Shown: in pieces, positions 54,150-64,000 of the stretch
Numbering within the stretch: position 1 is the stretch's first letter
Layout of the letters: each line of letters opens with the position of its first letter
Origin: Octopus sinensis
Lineage: Eukaryota
Length of the DNA: 64,000 nucleotides
Assembly: GCF_006345805.1 (NCBI RefSeq)
Contig: NC_043005.1
Span: 37,076,001 to 37,140,000, forward strand
Direction: 5' to 3'
Position numbers and translations under genes: made by a program
The notes under the pieces: model-generated
Seen by the model: only the letters and a program-made list of their open reading frames with translations
Database searches by the model: none
What the model was told of the DNA's origin: nothing

Positions 54150-54800
54150 ACATAACTGTGGTCATATTCTGTTTGCAAATGAAATCTCTTAGATTTCAAT
54201 CACCAGACTGGATTGTCTCACTTAAGCAGTAAATACCCAAATGCTGCAATATGATTTCAACTTTCAGGGAAGGACCTGCTATTGGAACTTTTTATCTCTT
54301 TCTTGGGACCAATAAAAGAAGGATTCATTCAGTACAATATCCAAGGGTTCAAAAAAATGAAGAAGGTGCCAATCATTACCTCCAGGCCTCCCTAAAAAGA
54401 AAAGAAATCATTGCTTTCTTTGAATATTGTGTCCACCTCTTTCTCCTTCACTTCTTGGGGCCATAAAGCATTTTCTTCCTTTTGCTAAATTACTCTTGCA
54501 TTCTTTGTTTATTTGTTTTGCTAAATATTAATGATTTAATGCTGATGAACAGTGCCATCAACAACATTTCTATTCTTATTTGTACTTATTAAATTTCTTT
54601 ATTATTAATTCCAAAATCACAAACTATAGCAATGGATATGGTTTGGTGCCACGCACTATTTTATTTCCTGGCCCCTATATTTTTAGTTTGATTCTTTATT
54701 GATTGAGTTTAGTTTTCATTCCTCCAAAATCAATGAAATAAATGCTTGGTATGGACTAAGATTATTTTATTCTATTCCAATATAAACTACCCCTAAAATT
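54150..54800 (-). pseudogene. Possible very old L1/Tx1-like LINE relic
   Basis: EVKEKEVDTIFK...GRPGGNDWHLL...LDIVLNESF..SQ loosely resembles RT domain 0/1. Confidence 0.25.
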
Positions 54801-56826
54801 TTGTGGGTGTCTGCAAATCTAGAGAATGTGTATTTGTTGAAAATACATTTAAAAATTTAATGAAACAGACGAAAACAAATTTTTAATTCTATCAGATCAA
54901 TATATGAAAATATAGCTAATGTTTAAAACATATTTGCATGCTTAAAAGATAATTAGTGTTGGTGTTAAAATTATAACTATTTGTGATTGACATCAAAATA
55001 ACTGCATCGGGGATTAAATGTTCCCAGCTCAACTTGCATCACATGACATATAGATGTAGAATAGAAACAACTACCACTCATAAATAACTACTTTTCCAGA
55101 AGTATCATTCTTTAAGACTGTATTAAATGTTAAATATACTTGCTCATATCTCTTTGGTCGTTATGCTGTATGTTGTTTTCAGAATAATCCTATTTAATTT
55201 AAATATTTAAATATCCTCTTTATGTTTGCAATTCATGAGATAACATAACAATAAATAAAAAATGCAATAAAAACTCAACAAACATTAAATAGTTTAATAG
55301 AGATTCATTGTTTGTTTGTGTGTGTGTATCATATATCCCAGTTGTGAGATTCCATTATGTTCTATTAATTAATTACTTTAATGTTATAGATTTTACCCAA
55401 ACAGCTGACAAAGCCACCAAGTGAACATTCTGTAACATCATATAAAGAATATATAAGCTACAGGCGTTACAATACCAACATAGTCATGTATTGATCTGCA
55501 GTGTGTCTATTCTTCAAAATAACAGTAAAATCTCTCAAATTATACCTTACTGCACTATTAAAAATCACATAAGTTAGTGCAATCTTTGGTGCACTATACT
55601 GAGGGGAAAAAAAAGCCCCAATGATGGCTGGATTGTTTTTAGCCATAGATCTGCTGGAAAGGGGCTGGTGTAGGAATAAAAAATAACAGTAACTGTTATG
55701 CCAAGGGCCAGAAAGATAAACACCAATCACACTTAATACAATTCACGGAAAGGTTCCTGGCCTTGGGTAAAAGAAAATACAGGAGTATCAGTTGATTATA
55801 ATTTTATTCAACATTTTCCCCTTTCAGATTCACACACTTATTGCAGTGGTCCTTCAATTATTCTAAGCCCTGTAAAAGAACTCAGAAGAGTTTGGGCCTC
55901 CAGCCTGGCCTTTCATGATACACTTAAAGCTAGTAACTTTTCAGCACCACTTTGTGTGTTCTTGATGCAAACAATTTGCAGATGAACCATACTTAATCAT
56001 GAAATACTTACAAACCATGACTTCACTCTACATATATAATCTCAGTTACATACAAGGCCATCTATCTTTTTATTACTATACAAATGCCAATATATCTAAG
56101 ACTCAGCAGATATTTTTAAAAAGGATTATGACCAAGAGATGGTGGTTAGGAAACTGAGACCCTCACAACAATGAAGGGAAAGTAGGGAAATAAAAATAAT
56201 GCATTGAGTTACGATGGACCTGTTGAAAATTTTTTAGGCATACAGTAAATCTAGGACAAGTTGGTTTAATGGAGTCCATCCTTCTTCCTTCTTTTTGCTA
56301 AACTTTCAGATGGAGTGGAACTCAGCAATATGAGCTAAAGAATCACTAATGAACTACACAGTGGTGATATTGTGGTTACAAATTCGTTCTAGTTTCAGCT
56401 TTTGATGTCTAATTGTAGATAGATTGTAACAGAGTTAGGAGCTTTAGTTGAAGATGCACTGCAGTAAAGCAATAACAGAATGTGAACTGTTGGCTCCTCA
56501 GATAATTTAGTACCCAGGGAACAGCTACAGCAACTGATAAACTGGGAAGTAGAAAGATAAACACCAAATATAACTACTTGTCAGAATTCATGTTTTCCTT
56601 ACACAAACAATGTACCCTGATAAGCATATATGAATGTAGAACTACAAATATATGTTTCTGTGAAGGAGAAAAAAGAGAAACTGATTGATAAAGAGACAGA
56701 CAGTCATACATATTCAGATTATAAATTTATGAAACATAGATAAAAGGAATTAGCTCTAAGGCAGCACGTTTGTAACATAGTGTAATTAAATCAGCAACCA
56801 AATTCTGTGAGATTTGTTGACCCAAA

Positions 56827-56827
<1 letters not shown>

Positions 56828-56920
<93 letters not shown>
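56828..56920. repeat. (AC)n microsatellite
   Basis: Directly visible. Confidence 0.95.
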
Positions 56921-56921
<1 letters not shown>

Positions 56922-57184
56922 TCCTATTGGTATTGCATTCATCTCACTATATCATTCGGTCAGCATGGAGCCCTCAAATAGTTCAGGACTCTGGGATGTG
57001 TATATGAATGTATAGGTACAAATGCATGTTTCTATGCAGCAGAGAAAGAGAGAGACATTCATTACTGCATTATAAAGGAATATAATTTTCAAGTAGCAAG
57101 TTCATAACAGTGTAATTAAATCAACAATGAAATCCTGTGAGATTTATCCCTTTACTGTAATTAAATTTTGATCTATCTCTTGAG

Positions 57185-57227
<43 letters not shown>

Positions 57228-58708
57228 GTTGACATATCTACTCCTATTGGTAATGCACTCATCTGTTCATAGCATTAGGTCAATATTTCATTTTAGTTTT
57301 TTTTTATTGGCATCAAAATTCTCATATTTTTTCTGTTTTGGGTAAATATATTGCTCTCTGATGTGGCATATTGATATATTGAATATGAAAAAACAAACTT
57401 TTGTGTGGATGTATGAGTTAATTTTTGCTGACAATGTTCTGTGAAATATGAATTATAACATCAAAAATAGCAAAAAATTCCTCTGAGAATGTAACTTCCT
57501 GACAATTCAACATATCTGATGACATTTTATTTTTCAGATTTTTATCTTTGTCTATGGTATAGCTATCAACACTAAGATATGGTGTTTCTCATGTTATAAT
57601 CCAAATATATTGTATTTCTGACAATGTTATGTGAAAAAATTTACACCAAGATAATTTCCTTACTCAATTATTAGTTTCTGACGAAAATATGTTCTATAGG
57701 AACTACAAAACTTTCATGAGATGAGCTGACTTGTCATAACATTACATAAATACATGGTAGTGAGCATTAGACTTTTGAAAATACTTTTAAAAAATGCCAC
57801 CCTTCTCATCGGTCATATATTTGATTTGTGACAATATTCTCAGAAAAATAAATGACAGAAATAAATATTGATAAAATGAATTTATATAATTTATATAAAT
57901 TTCCTTTTACTTAAAATAAAGGATATTTAATAAATCTTTGAAGAATCATATTGTTAGGAAAAAAATCTGATCAGCCAAAATTCTTAGAATTTAGTCTTCA
58001 ACAATGTAAAATATTCAGTGAGTTGCTTAGTAAAAAATGATATGAGATTATAATGGGAATCAAAAAAAAAAAAAAGGCGAAAAACACTTTTATCTAAAAT
58101 AATTTAGCCTTCAGTAACTGAAATATCAGACTATTTCTGATCAAGGGACATGATCAAGAAAAACATGAATAAGTAAATAGGCAAATAGATAAATATATGT
58201 ATATATGAATTATATATATATATGAATTATATAATTCTTTTAAAGGCAGCCATGATTTTTGTTCATATTTTATTTGTTTTTACTTAAACTTCCGTTACAT
58301 AGACAAAGTTTGAAGAGCAGATATTTAAAATAAATCCAACAGTATCACAACCATCAACTGTAATAGCAATCATAATAATAATAATAATATTAATCATAAG
58401 GGTTGCAATAAAAAAAACAACTGTTAACGTTTGACTGTTATCAATTGAAATACTTTTATATCAGGTTTTTCTAAAAAAAGCTTCTTACATTCTGAAATCA
58501 TTATTATTATTTCAAAAAATATTAGTCTAGCTCTGTTGCAAAGGGAAGAAGTATTTACTATTTATGTCCAAGGATATGTTTTGTATGTGCAGCATGTGTG
58601 TGTTTCACTGGATAATGTTTCATACGCACTCACACTCAAATATTATATATATATATAATATATATATATATATAGTACATTATATATATAATTCATTATA
58701 TATCTGTA

Positions 58709-58744
<36 letters not shown>

Positions 58745-58891
58745 CATTATATATATGTAATATATATATATGTATATATAGTACATTATGTATATATATA
58801 GTTCATTATGTATATGTTATAATATATATATATAATATATATATATATGATTCATTATATATAAATATATAATGCATTATATATATACTAC

Positions 58892-58932
<41 letters not shown>

Positions 58933-59375
58933 TATATATATAATACATTACATATATACGATACATTATATATAAACATTCATACTGTAAACTACATGCA
59001 AATGTATATTTGTAACATGGTTAAATCAATGCTAAATTTAGAAAAAGAATACAGGCAAAATTTATTAGCATATGTACTTGTATACATTCATGAGTACATG
59101 TAGACATACATATAAACATGTGCATGTATACATGTGTACACTTGACCCCAATTTCATTTGCTTCTTCTGCATTTTGTCATAAAATATTGCAAGGATCATG
59201 GTTAGCTCATTTTGTTGTTATACAGTTTGACTATTGATCTGTATTTACTGAAAGTTTAAAAAATATATATAGAGAGAGAGACTGATGTATCTTCTGTAAA
59301 ATTTGTTTGGTTTTCTTCTGGTTGTGTGTGTGTGTGTGTAGTTATGTGTACACATGGGGATAAGTTTCTACCAAC

Positions 59376-59433
59376 CTTCAAAGTTTGAGATGCATCTGTT
59401 GAAGAACACTGACTGACTTGTTCTAGTGCTAGG
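59376..59433 (-). CDS. Candidate coding exon, unknown gene
   Basis: Acceptor ATTTTCATTTATTCTCAG, donor AAG/GTTGGT; 58 nt, open in two frames (LALEQVSQCSSTDASQTLK or PSTRTSQSVFFNRCISNFE). No homology recognised. Confidence 0.2.
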
Positions 59434-62189
59434 CTGAGAATAAATGAAAATATTTGATCAAAATTTTTTTCCTCTTGCAATATTACTTTTTTGTTTATTT
59501 CTTTCTTTCATTTTGCCTGGTGAAAGCAATTGATAATAATAAGCATGCACAAAATAATAAGATAAATAGTTGAACTAATGCATATATGATAACCACGATC
59601 TTAGTGAAGTACCTCTAATATACTAAAGGAACCTAGTTTATTTGTCCAAATTTGATTAAAGATGTTACTCTCTTATGAGCAAATCAAGCTTTCTTCCTTC
59701 CTTCTTTCTTCCCTTTTCTTTTTCTTTCTCTCTTTTTCTCTTTTTTAATGTCTACTTTTTCCATGCTTCCATGAGTCAGACAAGAGTACATTAAAGCAGA
59801 GTTTTTCTACACCCAGCTGCCCTTCTTGCTACCAACTCCATTTTTTTCCAAGTGAGGTAATACTCTCTCAGTCTTTTCGACAAATAACCTAGACATTTTT
59901 TTTTTATGTTGGGGAACTGGAAACAAACAACACTTTATGAAGGAGCCTTTTGTTTTCAAACATCACACAACATATCAAGACATGCCAGTGAGACCAGATA
60001 TCCTCCTTTGTTGGACTGCAAGCTGATGTCACTGGCACAAATCTATTGTTTACAAAGCAATGATCATGAGGGAAGCCATGTGACAGGTTCCTTCAGTTTC
60101 CATCTACAATTCCATTCAGAAGTTTTTGGTTTGTCCAGGGCTATAAGAGAAGACATTTGCCCAAGGTGTCATGTTGTGGGACTGAACCCCAAAACCACAC
60201 GGTTGGGAAGTGTAATTGCTATGTTGTGTGTGTGTGTATGAGTATTTTACAGTCCTTGTTTTGCATGAAAAGCATTGAACTAAAAATGACAGTGCTAGTT
60301 GATATTACTTGTAGAAAATAAAGCATTGTCTAGCTATGCAATTTTGAAGATGAGTGGAATAAGGAATCCTTTACTTATATGAAACAAGTTAGGATTAGCA
60401 ACAGGAAGGGCATCCAGCTGTAAAACAATACTTCAATAATATGTATGTATTTGTCCATCTTTATGTTTTGAGTTCATCTACCACTCAAATTTTGATCGAC
60501 CCAGGGCTATAGTTCAAGACACTTAAGGTGCCATACCTGTGCCTGTATGACATATGTAATACAATTTCAATCACTCTCACCCTCATCACTATGTGAGATT
60601 ATATTCCCAGGGCTTCACATCAGAATCTGTCTCTAGATTGGGTAGTGTTGTCTAGTTTTCTTATATTGGGTTAAACATTTGATAATAATTGTCTCATTAC
60701 ATCTTGGTTACTATGTACTAGCTTCAACTGTTAGTGGAAATTGACTTCAGATAGACTATCATTTTATCTATATAAACCAACATTAATTCACTGAGCCATT
60801 GTAGTTTGCTGAAAGCCTTATCTATATACAGACAAACAGATATAAACACAATGTCCACACAGACAAACAGATAAACACAAACACATATAGACTGTTAATC
60901 AGTGGTATAATAGTATCTTATCCAAGGATGGGAGAGGTCATTTGTCTTTTCTTCTATTTCATGCTTCAGCAAAAGCCAGTGTTAAGTAGCAGCCAGTTCT
61001 ATGAACCATTGTAGCCTGGTGAAAAGGATTAACTTAACTCACAATCACCAGACAAATCAAAATGGCTGTAATAAAATTTTGATAAAGTCATTTAAAGTCT
61101 CAATATTGCTTATTGCTAAAATGGTTCTTTCAAGCTGAATAAATAAATAAATAAATAAATAAGTAAATAAAGTAAAAGAACAAAAAAAAAAATAGGAATA
61201 ACAAATAGTTGGTGCATTTTGTAATTTTCTATTTCTCACATTGAATAAAGAATGAGGGGAAAAAAGATTCTGAATTTCATTTGTTAAATTTTCACTTTTT
61301 GTATTTGCTAAAATATTTATTTTATTTTATTAGACTTTATTTTATTTTAATTTGTTTTATTTTATTTTACAAATCTGCTTGATTCCTATTATCCTCCTTC
61401 ATAAAAGTAAGTTTATTTTATGTATCTATGGAATTCATAAAGTATTAGATATTTAATGCCATAATTTTCAGGAGAAAGTAGCTGATATATATATATATAT
61501 ATATGTCTATATATATATATAAGATGCATATACATATCACATACACGCACACATACACACACACACACATATGTATATTGAAATTACAAAGTTGTATGAA
61601 TAGCATTGAGGTTGATTGGAAGAAGGCACAAAGAATAAAATGATGGGAAAAAAATACTAAGTTTTGATTGGTTAGTGTGTGGGTTAGCTAAATATATATT
61701 GTGAATTGTAAATTTTGTGTGAATGCAGTATTGATGTAAGGGTAAAATTATAGAGAAAAGAAACGACTAAGAAAGAAAGAAATACAGAGAAAAAAAATAT
61801 ATACCTATATTTAAAAAAAATATTCAGTGTGATGTGCAATTTATATAATATTGAGTTTTTTGGGAAAGCAGGAATCTCAAATCTTGCTTCCTCAATAGAT
61901 GAGTGCATATACATGTAGTCTTGTTTATCACTGATGCCTTCAATGCTGAACCAGGATAACATGGTATACTCAATTGTGAATCATGTTACACCTACCACAG
62001 ACTGATGTATGATAAACCAGGTTGATGATCAGTCGAACATTCTGTTTTTACCATAAAAATGTTTCCCACTGACCACCCACACTGCTCAGTTACCCAGAAT
62101 GCACTGACTGTCACTTGTGTTCATGTGATCACACAGTCAAGCTGTGTATTTTTTTTATATAGTTGTACATATGAGCATGGGACCAATGA

Positions 62190-62340
62190 ACAGAAAAAAA
62201 AATTACAAAGGTGTTTGATCCCTACAAAGGATACAGATGAGGGTATCAAGGTAGAAATGATCAAGAAAATATGTGATGGTAGAAGCTTCACTGCTGTGAG
62301 CTAAGAGTTTGGTGTCAATGAATCTACCATGCTTTCCTTT
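62190..62340 (+). pseudogene. Tigger/pogo transposase N-terminal HTH fragment
   Basis: KVEMIKKICDGRSFTAVS*EFGVNEST matches the pogo/Tigger psq-HTH pattern. Confidence 0.5.
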
Positions 62341-62574
62341 TACAAAGTACATGGCGATGATTCATTTATCACTGCTTTTTGGTACTAAAAACCTCTTTCC
62401 TGTGGAAGAGGAAAAATATATTGTGAAATTTTATGATATTTTAGGCTACAGGAAACTTGAAGTTTACATGAAATCAGAATAAATAAATTTGGGAATTTGG
62501 GACATTCTTACCTTTCCTATGGAATTAATAATTTTACAGCAACACATCAATAATAGTAATATTGTATAATACAA

Positions 62575-62930
62575 TGTATACAGGCACAGGCATGGCTGTG
62601 TAGTAAGAAGCTTACTTCCAAACCACATGTTTTCTGGTTCAATTCCACTGTGTGGCACCTTCAGCAAGTGTCTTCTACTATAACCTCAGTCTCACCTAAG
62701 TTGTGTGTGTGTGTGAGAGTGTCTGTATTTGTCCCTCACCACCAACTGACAACTGGAGTTGGTTTGTTTATGTCCCCATAATTTAGTGGTTCAGCAAAAG
62801 AAACTGATAGAATATATACCAGGTTTGAAAAAAAAAAATCACCGGGGTCAGTTCATTTGACTAAACATTCAAGGTGGTGCTCCATTATGGCTGCAGTCTA
62901 ATGACTGAAACAAGTAAAAGATAAAAGAAT
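62575..62930 (+). mobile_element. SINE family 2, near full length
   Basis: GGCACAGGCATGGCTGTGTAGTAAG...GTGCTCCATTATGGCTGCAGTCTAATGACTGAAACAAGTAAAAG. Confidence 0.8.
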
Positions 62931-64000
62931 GTGCTTGTTTCAACTGTTGGAGTACTGACTTCTTAAGCAGGTATTTAGTTAAACCTTGCCATACATAATG
63001 TATTGTAGCTTTCATAATCTGTCTTGTGGGCAAAAATGATAATGTCAGAGCAATTTCATTGCAGTGTTTGTCCCAGCCCTTTGTTCTGAGTTCAAATCCT
63101 GCCAAGGTCAACTTTGCCTTTCAGGGTTGGTATAAAAATTAAGGGTCAAGTATACTAACTCACTCCTCCAAAATTTCAAGCCTTGTGCCTATTTACAGTT
63201 ACCTACTTACTAATAGGAATGACGAAATCAGTGGTGTAAATCTAAATAGTATAGAATATTCTATTTTGCAAAGCATATCCTCTGATTGGTTGTATAGAAA
63301 AATAAAATTGAAAATAGCTGTATGCATACTTACATACGAAAATAGAAGCAAAGATGTTTCAGTTTTTAAGTCTTTCATACTGTCTTCTCTCTCTCTCCCA
63401 TCCTATATAAACATAATACCACTTGAAACATATTTAATATTGTTCAGGAGTCACATATATTTATTTCAATTGTTTACTATCCATCACTTCAGAACATTGT
63501 GAAAAATAGTGTCTGTCTGTCTGTCTATGTTTATCACAATAATATTATTTCATGTTTACATTGTGATGAGGCTGATGAAATGTTTGATTTCTGATGTATG
63601 ACGTCTTATCTATTTTGTTGTAAAAACTCCATGTTTCTACAATAAAATAACTGTGCATGTGTGTAAATACGACAAAGAGAAAATAATGGAAAACAAATTT
63701 GATACTCATTGGAAGAGAAACTTTAGTTTCCAACCCATGCTAGCATGGAAAACAGACGTTAAACGATGATGATGATGATTTAAAAGAGACTAGAAAAACA
63801 TTGATTTATGTTTTTTATTTGCATTTCTTTAGAGACTACCCTCGTATCTTGGTCCTTATTCAGATAATTTTTATGGTTGTTTTAAGTTTTTCAGTAAAAG
63901 GATCTTTAGAAATGAATACTGACAAGACAGACAAAGAAAATTAAAGTTTTGATTCAAAAAAGGTTAAAAAGCCATGGTGGGTTACATTGGATGTATTTAC

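Noticed and set aside
54380-54391. 12-nt microexon GGAGGCCTGGAG with strong acceptor and GTAATG donor on the minus strand
   Set aside because: The flanks translate through as a probable old LINE RT relic, so the sites may be coincidental. One RNA-seq look would settle it.
55828-56400. Strong plus-strand acceptors at 55827 and 56309
   Set aside because: No convincing donors, stops follow, and TTTCAG is frequent by chance in such AT-rich DNA.

Overview
AT-rich, repeat-saturated eukaryotic DNA. Composition and repeat families look like an octopus/coleoid cephalopod genome (inference from recalled repeat sequences, no search run). I could not identify any host protein-coding gene. Almost all listed ORFs are microsatellite artefacts or transposon debris; a few candidate exons are given at low confidence. 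Recognisable relics: a Penelope-like element (PLE) with a GIY-YIG endonuclease and inverted terminal arms (44.75-46.13 kb), two Tc1/mariner elements (a DD37E TRT-type with long IR/DR TIRs, and a classic Tc1), a Helitron RepHel relic, a tandem pair of non-autonomous Helitrons, RTE and CR1 LINE fragments, a Tigger fragment, and several tRNA-derived SINE families. The most interesting signal is a set of short ORF-less elements, mostly embedded in (TA)n tracts, carrying minimal type I hammerhead ribozyme motifs with palindromic stem III (dimer type). Two have a complete canonical core (732-820 minus, 11420-11490 minus). One sits downstream of a Pol III tRNA head (24995-25280 minus), an arrangement like schistosome Sm-alpha. 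This suggests a PLE-mobilised retrozyme/SINE ecosystem. Also noted: a recursive-splice-site-like motif at 53973/4 and three CpG-retaining domains. Coordinates were counted by hand and may be off by a few bases.
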